This document shows, piece by piece, positions 28,765 to 39,043 of a stretch of DNA of 64,000 nucleotides (positions within the stretch are counted from its first letter, which is position 1; each line of letters begins with the position of its first letter). Source of the stretch: a virus; IMG/VR virus record IMGVR_UViG_3300042008_000003, positions 23,841 through 87,840 of that record. One strand, written 5' to 3'. Below the pieces are notes generated by a model that was not told where the DNA came from, did not search any database, and saw nothing but the letters and a program-made list of their open reading frames with translations. The position numbers and the translations under genes are program-made.

Positions 28765-29112
28765 ATGTCAATGGGGTGGGTGATCATCAGAAGGGTTGCA
28801 GATTTATTGACGTTAGTACTGCTGATTATAATGATTTCCATCGTAATGACAAACAGTAAAAGCTCAGAAGATTTTGGTAACTTTGCATTAAAGCTTGATA
28901 AGTACAAACAAGAATCAGCTAAAGTTATGGCTTCAAATATTGAGTATATGGATAAAAGAGTTAACGGATTAGCTGAAACTCAAGATAGATATCAAGTTAG
29001 TACAGATCAAAGAGTGTATGTATTAGAACAAAGGATTCTTCAATTACTGTCTGATAAGAAAGCTAGCCAGAAAGTTATCAACAATAACATAAATACTCTA
29101 ACCACTAACTAG
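28765..29112 (+). CDS. single-TM membrane protein
   Basis: N-terminal TM plus coiled coil. Confidence 0.55.
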   Translation: MSMGWVIIRRVADLLTLVLLIIMISIVMTNSKSSEDFGNFALKLDKYKQESAKVMASNIEYMDKRVNGLAETQDRYQVSTDQRVYVLEQRILQLLSDKKASQKVINNNINTLTTN

Positions 29113-29185
29113 AAAGAATAAAAATAAGTACTGCCCTAGCAGCAGACATTTGAGGTTACGCCATTAACCTTATCTTAGATACTTT

Positions 29186-29224
29186 AAAGCCCAGCTATCC
29201 GTTTAGGACGCTGGGCTTTCTTTT
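29186..29224. terminator. probable bidirectional intrinsic terminator between convergent modules
   Basis: AAAGCCCAGC...GCTGGGCTTT followed by CTTTT. Confidence 0.75.
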
Positions 29225-29366
29225 ACCTGTTATTTATGTTTCTCAACTTCTACTTTAAACTCAGACAAGAATGTAGATAACCGACTACGCAATTGTTGAG
29301 TATCTTTGAACTTCAGTACCAACTCTTTAAGTTCATTGACTTGTTCTCTGAATTCGTGGTCTTTCA

Positions 29367-29576
29367 TCATTCCTCCAAATTAGTAACTTTGACGCTGCTC
29401 TCGAAAGATTTTTCCAAATCCTTCAAACTCTTATCAATCACTTGTTTCTTCTGTTCGATTACACTCACACCACGCTCAATCTGAGACTTCTTCCAGTCAA
29501 GCCAGAGGTATCCACCTAGTAGCACTGTGGCTAAGAGGAAGAGTGTGGCGGCGATGTCTGTCAATGGTGCTTTCAT
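29367..29576 (-). CDS. hypothetical membrane protein
   Basis: GGAGGA RBS, one TM segment. Confidence 0.6.
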   Translation of the reverse strand: MKAPLTDIAATLFLLATVLLGGYLWLDWKKSQIERGVSVIEQKKQVIDKSLKDLEKSFESSVKVTNLEE

Positions 29577-29586
29577 ACTATCCTCC

Positions 29587-30225
29587 TCAATTCCACCAAG
29601 ACAGAAGCTTACGCTCCATCAATTTACAAGCCAATTCTAGATCATCCTTACGCTGTTGTCCAGTTAATTTGTAGAATTGTCGAGGCGTTCTATAGCTTGG
29701 AAGGGTGTTAGGTTTATTGGTGAACACACCCATGCCAAACCCATCCCCACGGCTGTAATCAAGCTTATCTTGCGTATAACTGTCATCACGTACACGTTCA
29801 AGGACATGAGCAAACACTTTCAATTCTTTAGCAGTCTTCAAATGTCCAACGTGATGGCCATATTTCTCTTGAACCTCTGACATATCCTTAGCAGACGTAA
29901 TCATGAAATTCATCATTCCTGAATAATCCCATGAGCGATAGTTCCAAAGACACTTACGGAATAGCCATAAATTCTTGAAGAACTTCCAAATTGTAGCTGT
30001 GCGAATGTTGAACCAAAGGTCTGGGGCGAACATTACAACATTCTGTAGTTTGTCAAATCCCTTAGTGGTGATCCAATTAATGATTGGGGATTTCTCAGCA
30101 GATTCCTTCTTGTGTTTAGCCCAATCCTGTACAGACAGGGCATAAGGGTTGTCTAGTCCGAATTTAGTACGGATATATTTGGAGAATCGGCTAAGACTCC
30201 AGTACTGGTAACGTTGACGATACAT
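29587..30225 (-). CDS. hypothetical phage protein
   Basis: AGGAG RBS at ATG 30225. Confidence 0.75.
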   Translation of the reverse strand: MYRQRYQYWSLSRFSKYIRTKFGLDNPYALSVQDWAKHKKESAEKSPIINWITTKGFDKLQNVVMFAPDLWFNIRTATIWKFFKNLWLFRKCLWNYRSWDYSGMMNFMITSAKDMSEVQEKYGHHVGHLKTAKELKVFAHVLERVRDDSYTQDKLDYSRGDGFGMGVFTNKPNTLPSYRTPRQFYKLTGQQRKDDLELACKLMERKLLSWWN

Positions 30226-30303
30226 TTTATTTCTCCTAATCAAAAGAAAGCCCCAGCCAATTGCTTGGACATGGGGCTAAGGATAGCACATCAGGTTATT
30301 TTG

Positions 30304-30816
30304 TCAAGCTTTTGTTAGGCAATTTTTACACATACAGACGTCATTCATTTCCAACCCTTTACTCTGTACACAATAAGTCTGAATAACCCATTCAGCAAAC
30401 AAAATAAGCTGCTCAGGATTAGCTGAACTCTTCATACAATTTGCAAGGTGGCTGATAACCTGAACATTTCCCTTGACATACCCAAGCTCGTTGTCAATCC
30501 TGTCAAGAGCAGGTGAATGGTTTTCTCCACCAGCCCTACCTTTGTGGACGACTAAAGGAATTCCAAGAATAGGGCAGAATTCAGGAATGATAATATCTGA
30601 CACTTCAATATCAAACGGCACACCAGACTTAACAACTCTAGACTTGGCACGTCTCCACATTTTGATTTCTGGTGACTGACTCTTAACTCTACCGGAGTTA
30701 CAGACGCCACAAAGAGTTACTGTAGGACTTGTTCTCTCGTAAATGACTAAACAATTTGTACACTGTCTGTGTGTTTCATTTGTTAACCAACCTTCTCTGT
30801 TCTTAATTAATTCCAT
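30304..30816 (-). CDS. HNH-type homing endonuclease
   Basis: CPILGIPL...SPALDRIDNELGYVKGNVQVISHLANCMK; N-terminal CxxC pairs. Confidence 0.8.
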   Translation of the reverse strand: MELIKNREGWLTNETHRQCTNCLVIYERTSPTVTLCGVCNSGRVKSQSPEIKMWRRAKSRVVKSGVPFDIEVSDIIIPEFCPILGIPLVVHKGRAGGENHSPALDRIDNELGYVKGNVQVISHLANCMKSSANPEQLILFAEWVIQTYCVQSKGLEMNDVCMCKNCLTKA

Positions 30817-30861
30817 TTTAAACCTTAAATAAAAATAGCCCCACTTAAGGGGCTTTAAAAG

Positions 30862-32556
30862 TTACTGACAAGCTAGGCACTCATCCTTGTCACTTGAAGC
30901 TTGTACCCCTGCCATACTGTAAACATAATACAAACCAAGAATATTAGGGTCTAGGAATGCCGCCTTATGAACATCGTTGATGTAGCTTTCGTCTTCCCCG
31001 GCGGCGAAGAACAAATTCAACGATTGCCATTGATCCATAAACTTACCACGAGCAGCAGCTAGCCGTAAGATTGTGTGTTGATTAATTTCAAATGCTGTAC
31101 GGAACACTAGTTTTTCTTCATCAGTCAGCCAATCAACATGCTGTACACTACCCATCTTGTCACGAATATCTTCCACATTCTTCTTACTGAATACTCCTTT
31201 TTCTTTCATTAATTTCAGAAGATAAGGATTAACTCGGTCAACTTCACCACCAGCACTTTTTTGTGTGTAAACCATAGCAGTATCAGGACTAATACCCTCA
31301 CTAACACCACCCATAATCAACGCTGTAGATTTAGTTGGTGCAATTGCAATCAAGTGGGTATTGGCACGACCATAACCTTTCATCCACTTCGGCTCACCCC
31401 AAACACTTGCAAGCCACTCAGAAGCTTTAATTGCTTCGTCTTGAATGTACTTAGCAATCTTATTGTTTAGCATATGAGCTTCAAAGCTTTCAAATGCAAC
31501 CATCTTCTTTTGCATGTAAGAATGTAGACCACATTGCCCGAGCCCCAAAGCTCTAGAGTTCTTTGTGAATGCAACAGCTTTCTCAAGGCCCGGAATATTC
31601 TTAGCCCGTTCAATGAATTCTTGGCATACGGCATCAAGGAAGACAATAGCTGTGAATACCGCATCTGTACCTTGCCACTCATCAAACAGTTCATCGTTCA
31701 TTGAGGCTAGAACACAAGTGTAAGTGTAATCCTTACTTGAGTGTAACATGATTTCATTACAGAGCTGTGGAGCTTTCACATCAAGATTCTGATCTACATA
31801 CCATTGTGGACGTTTACGTTCCGCTTTGCCTGGAAAGAAGAAATATCCTTTACCACTGACCATCTTAGTCTTTAGTGCTTTACCATATCGACGAATAGCT
31901 TCCGGGTCTTTATCTTCCAGCTTCTGAATAAATTCATCTGAAATATTCCAACCAATGTTGTTACCGTCTGGATGTTGTTCTAGATAGGTACAGACTTCAT
32001 CAAAATCTCCATGATCCATCGGTAGATAACCTGCCCAAGAACCACGTCTTGCTGTACCTTGAGCGACATACTCCATATCATCTTGGAAGCCCTCAATGAC
32101 TTGTAAAACCCCAGTACTTTTACCCCCTACGCTGATAATAGAACCTCGTGGTCGGATATCACCTAAATAACCAGCAGTACCAAATCCCATCTTAGTCAGC
32201 ATTGCTGTTTCATGCTTTGCTTTATAGATACCATCTATGCTGTCTGGAATATAACTACCAGCACAACTTACTGGCAATCCACGATTAGTGCCCGTATTAG
32301 CTAAAATCGGAGTCGAAGGGCTCAACCAGCCTTTCCACATAATGTCAAAGAACTTCTCTTTCCACAAAGCTGGGTCAGGTGTATGTACAGCAAGAGTTGC
32401 AGCAATACGTTGGTACTGTTCTTTTGGGTTTGCAGCCTGATACAGATATTTATTCTTAAATAATTGCCAAGATCCCGTAGACCAGTGTGCAGGCATAAGA
32501 CCATCTTCTTGCAACTTCTTACGTTCATCACTTAATGCACGATAACTATTTGTCAC
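30862..32556 (-). CDS. nrdA: ribonucleotide reductase class Ia alpha subunit
   Basis: SPSTPILAN, PVSC, QLCNEI, RALGLG, IAIAPT, C-terminal ECLACQ. Confidence 0.95.
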   Translation of the reverse strand: MTNSYRALSDERKKLQEDGLMPAHWSTGSWQLFKNKYLYQAANPKEQYQRIAATLAVHTPDPALWKEKFFDIMWKGWLSPSTPILANTGTNRGLPVSCAGSYIPDSIDGIYKAKHETAMLTKMGFGTAGYLGDIRPRGSIISVGGKSTGVLQVIEGFQDDMEYVAQGTARRGSWAGYLPMDHGDFDEVCTYLEQHPDGNNIGWNISDEFIQKLEDKDPEAIRRYGKALKTKMVSGKGYFFFPGKAERKRPQWYVDQNLDVKAPQLCNEIMLHSSKDYTYTCVLASMNDELFDEWQGTDAVFTAIVFLDAVCQEFIERAKNIPGLEKAVAFTKNSRALGLGQCGLHSYMQKKMVAFESFEAHMLNNKIAKYIQDEAIKASEWLASVWGEPKWMKGYGRANTHLIAIAPTKSTALIMGGVSEGISPDTAMVYTQKSAGGEVDRVNPYLLKLMKEKGVFSKKNVEDIRDKMGSVQHVDWLTDEEKLVFRTAFEINQHTILRLAAARGKFMDQWQSLNLFFAAGEDESYINDVHKAAFLDPNILGLYYVYSMAGVQASSDKDECLACQ

Positions 32557-32566
32557 TTAATTCCCC

Positions 32567-33550
32567 TTAAAATTTAAATCCTTCAGAATCCCAATCTCGT
32601 TGGTATTGGTTGCCTTGGCTGTTAAAAAAGTCAATAGAACTGTAACCATTAATACCTTTGTAAAACCAATCCGCAACGGGGTTGTATTCAACCTTGTAAA
32701 GATTTTCATAACCGAGATTACGGAGGCACAGGTTAATACGACTCTGAGCAAAGTGTTCAAGTTGTTTATCTGTAATCCCTTCAATACGCCCCTTCTCAAA
32801 GATCTTACCAATAATTGCTTTCTCATGCTCCATGACTGTTTCAGCAGCAAGGTAAATATCTTTCTTCAATTCTTCTTCAAATACATTGTCAATCAAACCT
32901 GCATCTTTCTTTTCTTTAAGCAGTGTTCGGAACAACCAAGCCGCTGCTTCAGAGTGTAGATTCTCATCACGGGCGGAGAAGTTAATACCACTCACAACGT
33001 TAAGAAGTTTGTTTTTACCTTGGCTCTGAAAGTGCTTTAAGAAAGCAAAACTAGAGTAGAGAATAGCCCCTTCCCCGAAGGTAAAAGAACCTAGAGCCCG
33101 CAAGTCATCTTTATTACCAATACTTTCTTCCAAAAACTCTACACGAGCTTTAAGGTCTTCATCTTCAAGATATTCATTATAGAATGAATCTGTAGCAAGA
33201 CCAAGTTCTTCGTTCAGTGTACTATAGAATTTACCATGTACTGCCAATTCCATTGCACCAAACATTGCAGCCATTGGTTGAATATCAGCAGCACGTGGAA
33301 ATTTGTTAAAGACAAAACCAAGCCAAAACTCATCCCCGATAATCTGTTCGTACTTAGTAAACAGTTTGAGTGTTGTGATTGTACCGTGTCGTTCTGCCGG
33401 TGTCATGTTTACCAGAATGTCTTGCTTATCCTTGTGTACTTTTACTTCAAAGTGCGGCCAGAATACCGCAGCTTGTTGGTCAGTAAATTCGCAAGCCTCT
33501 GGATAGTCAACTGTAAACTCTGTCTTAGGCGTTTGAATTCGCGTTAGCAT
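32567..33550 (-). CDS. nrdB: ribonucleotide reductase beta subunit
   Basis: ELAVH..FY, EG..LYSSF, RDENLH di-iron motifs. Confidence 0.95.
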   Translation of the reverse strand: MLTRIQTPKTEFTVDYPEACEFTDQQAAVFWPHFEVKVHKDKQDILVNMTPAERHGTITTLKLFTKYEQIIGDEFWLGFVFNKFPRAADIQPMAAMFGAMELAVHGKFYSTLNEELGLATDSFYNEYLEDEDLKARVEFLEESIGNKDDLRALGSFTFGEGAILYSSFAFLKHFQSQGKNKLLNVVSGINFSARDENLHSEAAAWLFRTLLKEKKDAGLIDNVFEEELKKDIYLAAETVMEHEKAIIGKIFEKGRIEGITDKQLEHFAQSRINLCLRNLGYENLYKVEYNPVADWFYKGINGYSSIDFFNSQGNQYQRDWDSEGFKF

Positions 33551-33562
33551 TATATCCCCTTA

Positions 33563-33934
33563 TTAATTATCTGACTGAATCCCATGCTTCTGAGCATAAT
33601 CTAGCGAATCGCCTGTTGACCACATCTTACTCATATTCTTAAGGTCAATTCGTAGGTCTAAACTAGAGTGCTCCACAACGTTACTCCACGTCGCATTACC
33701 GCTACTAAGCCATTCAGGTGAGCTAAGTTCATGGCCTTGGTACATCAAACAATTAACCACCTTACCTTGAAGGTTACGGTGTTGACAGACAACTTCCTCA
33801 ACTCCCATAGACACATCAAACCCGTTCTGTTCAAGAATCTTATAGATGGTTTGTTTATCGTCTTTACCAAACGCTTCAGCAAAGTTATCCACTAGCATCA
33901 AGTCACTAAGTGAAAGATTAAATCCAATACTCAT
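33563..33934 (-). CDS. hypothetical phage protein
   Basis: 123-aa ORF in operon. Confidence 0.7.
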   Translation of the reverse strand: MSIGFNLSLSDLMLVDNFAEAFGKDDKQTIYKILEQNGFDVSMGVEEVVCQHRNLQGKVVNCLMYQGHELSSPEWLSSGNATWSNVVEHSSLDLRIDLKNMSKMWSTGDSLDYAQKHGIQSDN

Positions 33935-34296
33935 TCTTCACACTCCAAATGAACAACACTTAAAATAGCATCTTGTACATCATTGAAACTATCTGTTTCA
34001 TGGAATGCATTTTCAATAGTTTTACGGTCAAGTCCGTGTTGAGCAAAAATGTCTAGGAAACTATCCCAAGCTTCTTGTTGAACTTCTTGATATTTTTCGT
34101 AATTCACTCTGTGTACTCCTCAAAAGCTTCTTGTGGTGAACTACCACCTTCATACAACTCAATAAATTCTACGATATTCTCTTGTACAACTAGCCAAGCA
34201 TCCTCTTTCTTCATAAGGAAGCCACGCTTCTTTAGGATGTTGATTAAATCTGAAATCCATGCAGATACATCATAGTCATCACGCTCAATAATCATT

Positions 34297-35058
34297 TTAT
34301 TTCTCCACCAAAGCCTTATAAGAAACTGGGAACAACTGCTTAACAATCTCTGCTACTTGCTGTGCTACCAATCGCGTTTCATATTGAGTGTGTTCATCCA
34401 AACGTAATACTAGCATATCACAGAATGCCCCCAATGTTCCACTCCAGATCCATGTCGTCATCATTGACTGGGGAAGAACTATGCGTGCTTCTTCGGCACA
34501 AACCCCGCTCTCAATCATAGAGTCATAGAGATTAAGTGCATCATCGGCTACACACTTATAGGCTTCAAATGGATCATGTCGTTTGGATGAATCATATTTA
34601 AGACAACTAATCTTTTTAACAGTCTGATCTTTACTGCTACCTTGCTTCACATTATCAGCAGCCTTCCGCCAAGATTCAGGAGTGTAAAATTCAGGTTCAT
34701 CCTTTACATACCGCCGACTAACTTCATTCCAAGGCATAAACTTATGCTTTACAAGCTGACGTGCTACAAACACTGGGGCTTTTACACGAACACTAATAAA
34801 GCTATGATTGAATGGTGAAAGATGCTTGTGTGTCGCAAGGTACTTAATCAACTTCTCATCTGATAGCTTTAGACGTTGAAAACCACCCAACTCATTCTTG
34901 TAAAACCGGCTCTCAGGGCTGGTATAATCTTCCTCAGGGAATTTTGATGGATATTCCCAATTACTCTGTTTATCAAAAGAACACCTTGCCGCATCTACCA
35001 CAGAAAGATCATCACCACAATGGTTAATATACTCTACTTCAATCTCACTCATCCCCAT
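34297..35058 (-). CDS. thyX: flavin-dependent thymidylate synthase
   Basis: VDAARCSF, HLSPF, ARQLVKH...NEVSRRY, EEARIVLP. Confidence 0.92.
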   Translation of the reverse strand: MGMSEIEVEYINHCGDDLSVVDAARCSFDKQSNWEYPSKFPEEDYTSPESRFYKNELGGFQRLKLSDEKLIKYLATHKHLSPFNHSFISVRVKAPVFVARQLVKHKFMPWNEVSRRYVKDEPEFYTPESWRKAADNVKQGSSKDQTVKKISCLKYDSSKRHDPFEAYKCVADDALNLYDSMIESGVCAEEARIVLPQSMMTTWIWSGTLGAFCDMLVLRLDEHTQYETRLVAQQVAEIVKQLFPVSYKALVEK

Positions 35059-35196
35059 TCTCCTCTAATTCTTCCAAGCACTCTTCCCAGCTAAGTGGCA
35101 TCGAAGGATAAAGCTCCCAAGCTAACCCTGTAGCAACTAATTCATTATAGTATTCTTTTGTTCTTACGTCAACCTTCCAATTCATTGTGGGCTTAG

Positions 35197-35691
35197 TCAT
35201 TGAAGTTCCTTTGGGATAAATTTATCTAGTTCTACAGCAACAAATCCTACGGGTTTAGCAATTTTACCTGAAGGTTGTCGTACAGTGTAGAAAGAAAGAT
35301 TATTCAAAACAGAAGTTTCAATATAATACTCTTTATCATCACGTTTTTCAAGTTTCTCTTTGGCTTCACAAGCTTCGCAGAAAGAGTTGAAAATCTTATT
35401 TTGATTGTTGTTAATGATTTGTTGAATACCACCCTCTACATCAAACCCAGCTTTCTCAAGCATATCTAGAAGTTTAGATAGGATAACGAAGACATCAACT
35501 GCACCATCCAACAACTCAGTCATATCTCCATACTTGATTGCATCGACTGTTTCTTGTGTCTCTTCAAGCAAAAGAGCAGTCTGTAGGATTACTGCACTAT
35601 CCCAATCAATCGTCCCAAACTCATGATCTTTTACACCAGCTTTCTTGTTCCAGTCCACAATTTGATTGTAGTAGTCTTGCAAGTTGTTCAC
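35197..35691 (-). CDS. MazG-like nucleoside triphosphate pyrophosphohydrolase
   Basis: EETQE...ELLDGAVD; C-terminal GKIAKP.GF. Confidence 0.75.
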   Translation of the reverse strand: MNNLQDYYNQIVDWNKKAGVKDHEFGTIDWDSAVILQTALLLEETQETVDAIKYGDMTELLDGAVDVFVILSKLLDMLEKAGFDVEGGIQQIINNNQNKIFNSFCEACEAKEKLEKRDDKEYYIETSVLNNLSFYTVRQPSGKIAKPVGFVAVELDKFIPKELQ

Positions 35692-35890
35692 ACCTTCTCC
35701 TTAATTCAACGCTTCAAATACTGATTTCATAACTTCAATTGTATCATTAAAGTTCTCAAGTGTTGCATCAAAATCTTCTTCGTCCATGTCTGCATGAAGA
35801 TCCATAAATAATTCTTTCTCGAACTCAACGAAGCTTACCAATTCTTCAGCTCGTTGTTTACTAATGTTCATTACACTCATCTCACTCTCC

Positions 35891-36340
35891 TTAATTTAAA
35901 TATTGATCACAGAAATCTTTCACACTGAAGCTTTCCCAATCTTTGTATTCACCTTTACCAAAAAGCACACGTTTTTCAGAATCAAACTTGACTAAATTAT
36001 CCTCCAAATCGTCCACCATCGCAAGCAGTGAATCATTTAAAATATACTTTTCATGTGTACCGACAAATCCAGCCATAAAGGGGAAATGTTTCTTTAGGAA
36101 GTATACCTTACTCCTATGATGATTTCCTTTCAGCCTTGACACAAACACAATATTAAAATATTGACTCAAAGCCTCCAGCTTCTCTACAGCACCCTTCATT
36201 GGTTCTAGGTTATCGTAAAGAGTTTCATCACGCCAGAAGTCCAAGGGATCATCTAGGAATGGTGAAGCTTTCTTGTAGAGAGTGAGAGTATCAACTACCA
36301 CACCATCTACGTCAATTCCAATCTGGCGTTTGTTTGTCAT
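35891..36340 (-). CDS. HAD-family 5'(3')-deoxyribonucleotidase
   Basis: IDVDGVVVD, PMKGAVE, MVDD. Confidence 0.8.
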   Translation of the reverse strand: MTNKRQIGIDVDGVVVDTLTLYKKASPFLDDPLDFWRDETLYDNLEPMKGAVEKLEALSQYFNIVFVSRLKGNHHRSKVYFLKKHFPFMAGFVGTHEKYILNDSLLAMVDDLEDNLVKFDSEKRVLFGKGEYKDWESFSVKDFCDQYLN

Positions 36341-36846
36341 TTAATTTTACCAACCAAAGCAAGTTCTAGCAACGCAAGTACGTTGAACGCCTCGTGTGCA
36401 AGGTGGGTGATATTACTCTCTTCGTCGGTGCATTCTAGCAAATCTTCCCCAAAACTACGTTGCATATTCTGTTTTACACGATGTCGTGCTGCTGCACCTT
36501 TGAAGGCATTTTCTGCATTAGGAATGGTTTTCCAATCGTTATCTTTATAACCTTTATTCTCATTAGCCCAAGTCATTACTTTTGCAATTTCATATACTGC
36601 ATTGGGGAATCCAGAATCAAAAAGTTCCATTCGCACCTTACCAATTTTACGTTCTTCTAGGCTAGGGCGTTGTATGCTTGGTTCTACCAAAGTTAAATCA
36701 TCATAACCAAACTGAAATTCTTGCCCAGTTTCATCTACAACTAAAGCATAATTACAATTTAAATAACTCTTACCTTGATAGGTAAACTCTCCCATATAAG
36801 GTTCAAATGAACTGTAAACTTTATCCCCTACTTTAAACTTACTCAT
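36337..36846 (-). CDS. dATP/dGTP diphosphohydrolase-like (DUF5664) protein with extra N-terminal domain
   Basis: GKVRMEL...KGY...W...AAARH...DEESNITHLAHEAFN. Confidence 0.75.
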   Translation of the reverse strand: MSKFKVGDKVYSSFEPYMGEFTYQGKSYLNCNYALVVDETGQEFQFGYDDLTLVEPSIQRPSLEERKIGKVRMELFDSGFPNAVYEIAKVMTWANENKGYKDNDWKTIPNAENAFKGAAARHRVKQNMQRSFGEDLLECTDEESNITHLAHEAFNVLALLELALVGKIK

Positions 36847-37014
36847 CAATCCTCTCCTCATTCTGTTTAGCAATATTCTTCAATTTCTGTATTTGGTCGA
36901 GCATGTTCTCTTGTTGCTGTCTAATATTGTATAACTCTTTGGTCAATCCGTCAACCTCAATCTGAAGCCGGTCAACGGTGCGTAGTAGCTTAAAGTTTTC
37001 TATTTCTGCTCTCC

Positions 37015-37923
37015 TTATACGATATTACGAAGTAAACTTTCTTTCTTTTCCTTGCTTAACAGATTCTTATGACCTCGACGATACTGACCAGTTTTAATAT
37101 TTCGGTATTGATCATATTTACCAAGATTGCTGTAAACAAATCCTTCTTTAACCCAGCCCGACATATCCGCAACTTCATCTTCATAAACTTCAAAAACAGG
37201 CAAGGTAGTTGACCATGGTGCAATCAGTTCATAAAGTTCTTGCAATGAAACAACATCAATAATGTTGTAATCTCGCATTTCTTGGATAGCTTCAGGATTT
37301 CCTTTACAGAACTCTTTCCATAAATTAAAGCCAGCAAACTTACCGTGATCTGATTTCTCAGTTTTACACAGCTTACGAGTAAGTGCAATAAGTTTGTTAC
37401 TTGAGAATCCAAACTCTTTTTTACAAATCTCAAGCGTATCCAAAACACGAACAGGACTGTGGGGTGGCAGACCATAAGTGACCATGAAGCTTCTAATTTT
37501 TTTCATGTCAAAACGGCGGCCGTTATGGGCAATAATAAAATGTGCTTCATTCAAAAGTTCATGGAGTTTTTCCAAAAGCTCTAGCTCTGTGTACTCACTT
37601 ACATCAAAATACATAACCTCTTCATCCTCAATCCATTTGGCTGCAAATGAAAGCAAAGAAATATCTTCTTCAATTTGATCTACAGAGAAGTTTTGATTAA
37701 ATAAGCCAAATCCTTGTAGTGTCATGTACTTTGTTTCGATATCCAGTACAAGAACTCTTGGACCTTTTTTCTCTGCCGTTTGTTCAACAGTTTTAGAGAA
37801 CATAGATTTAAAGAAGTCATTAACTTGAGACTTACTTTTACCAATGATATTGGCCACTGCACGACCACTAAAACCTTTGTCACGAAGACTCAAAGCCTCT
37901 TTATGCCATTCTTTATTAATCAA
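37015..37923 (-). CDS. HTH plus RNase H-like (DnaQ-type) exonuclease
   Basis: N-terminal HTH; LDIET, AHNGRRFD, YNIIDV. Confidence 0.8.
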   Translation of the reverse strand: MINKEWHKEALSLRDKGFSGRAVANIIGKSKSQVNDFFKSMFSKTVEQTAEKKGPRVLVLDIETKYMTLQGFGLFNQNFSVDQIEEDISLLSFAAKWIEDEEVMYFDVSEYTELELLEKLHELLNEAHFIIAHNGRRFDMKKIRSFMVTYGLPPHSPVRVLDTLEICKKEFGFSSNKLIALTRKLCKTEKSDHGKFAGFNLWKEFCKGNPEAIQEMRDYNIIDVVSLQELYELIAPWSTTLPVFEVYEDEVADMSGWVKEGFVYSNLGKYDQYRNIKTGQYRRGHKNLLSKEKKESLLRNIV

Positions 37924-38129
37924 TCCAATTTCCCCTTTAATTTCAAAACAAGTTCATATAACTCGTTATTAATTTTCAAAACAGTATCCAGTGTCTGCTG
38001 CTTCTCCCACACTGAACTGGTTACAAAGCTATCAGAAATAATCTCATTCCTAGACAACCAGTAAGCTAGAGCTTCTTCACCAGTCTCAGCAACATATTTC
38101 TTAGGAAATAACTCTCTGACGTCTCCCAT
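37920..38129 (-). CDS. hypothetical protein
   Basis: Stop coupled to the start of the next gene. Confidence 0.55.
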   Translation of the reverse strand: MGDVRELFPKKYVAETGEEALAYWLSRNEIISDSFVTSSVWEKQQTLDTVLKINNELYELVLKLKGKLD

Positions 38130-38277
38130 AGCTAAAACCCAAACAAATAAGTGTCAATGCAACTTAGCCACACATAAGCAAATGTATAATATTGAACCAG
38201 ACTATTGATAACCAGATAATGTCCGTCAAAGTTATCAATCTGTGACATTGATAGAGTAATGTTATCTTTAAGGGACA

Positions 38278-38508
38278 TTATTTATAAGCCTCATCAAATT
38301 CTTCACTACTGAGTTGCCTAAAATAGGCAATATTTTTATCTATGTCTTTTTCAGATAAATTTCCTAGACCTTTAATTTCTAAAGGATCAACCATTACATT
38401 AAGCCTGTTTTCAAGGAGTAGTTCAAGGATCTTATCAACCTTGGCTTCTAATACACCAATTAGAATACTCAGTTCTGTATACATGGTTTCTTTACTTAGC
38501 TTGCTCAT
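38278..38508 (-). CDS. hypothetical protein
   Basis: GGAG RBS, in operon. Confidence 0.6.
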   Translation of the reverse strand: MSKLSKETMYTELSILIGVLEAKVDKILELLLENRLNVMVDPLEIKGLGNLSEKDIDKNIAYFRQLSSEEFDEAYK

Positions 38509-39043
38509 TGTATTTCTCCTGTTCTAGCACTTTACGAACAGCATCACGCCTACTTTTTGCATTCTTAGCTACTACAACATTACGTTCTTTAAGCCAAGAA
38601 TCAATCTGTGATGCTTTCAGTTTCATAATAATTAATACCTCTTTTTCAATGAATGCAGATTTAATATCAATCCCCAACCTTTGACTAAGAGAGACAGCCG
38701 CATGGCAGTCAGGGCACAACTCTCTAATATCATCGAATGTGACCCATAGTATCATTTTAGACCATTCACAGAAGCTTGTCCAGTCTTTAAATCCATATCC
38801 TCCGTGTAAATGATCCACTTCACAAGCTCTGTGCTGCTTACCACACATCTCGCAGTCACTTACAAACACCTCCTTGTTATTCTTTCCCACTGGAGCTTTA
38901 TACCGTCTGGACATCTTATAAGCAATCTTCACTGGTGCTCGTGACCAAATGCGACGAATCTGAGAGCGTAGCCAATTAAAATAAGCTTTCTCGTCTTTAA
39001 ATATGTGTGGTACATCCTCCCAAGGTTGACGCTGATTATCCAT
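38492..39043 (-). CDS. HNH/Zn-finger endonuclease (resident replication-module nuclease)
   Basis: WLRSQIRRIW; CEMCG...EVDH...LCPDCH; start placed at ATG 39043. Confidence 0.75.
   Translation of the reverse strand: MDNQRQPWEDVPHIFKDEKAYFNWLRSQIRRIWSRAPVKIAYKMSRRYKAPVGKNNKEVFVSDCEMCGKQHRACEVDHLHGGYGFKDWTSFCEWSKMILWVTFDDIRELCPDCHAAVSLSQRLGIDIKSAFIEKEVLIIMKLKASQIDSWLKERNVVVAKNAKSRRDAVRKVLEQEKYNEQAK

Noticed and set aside
34297-36846. 2-aminoadenine (Z) or 7-deazaguanine genome-modification system
   Set aside because: DUF5664 and MazG-like genes are present, but no purZ, dpdA or queuosine-pathway genes are in this window.
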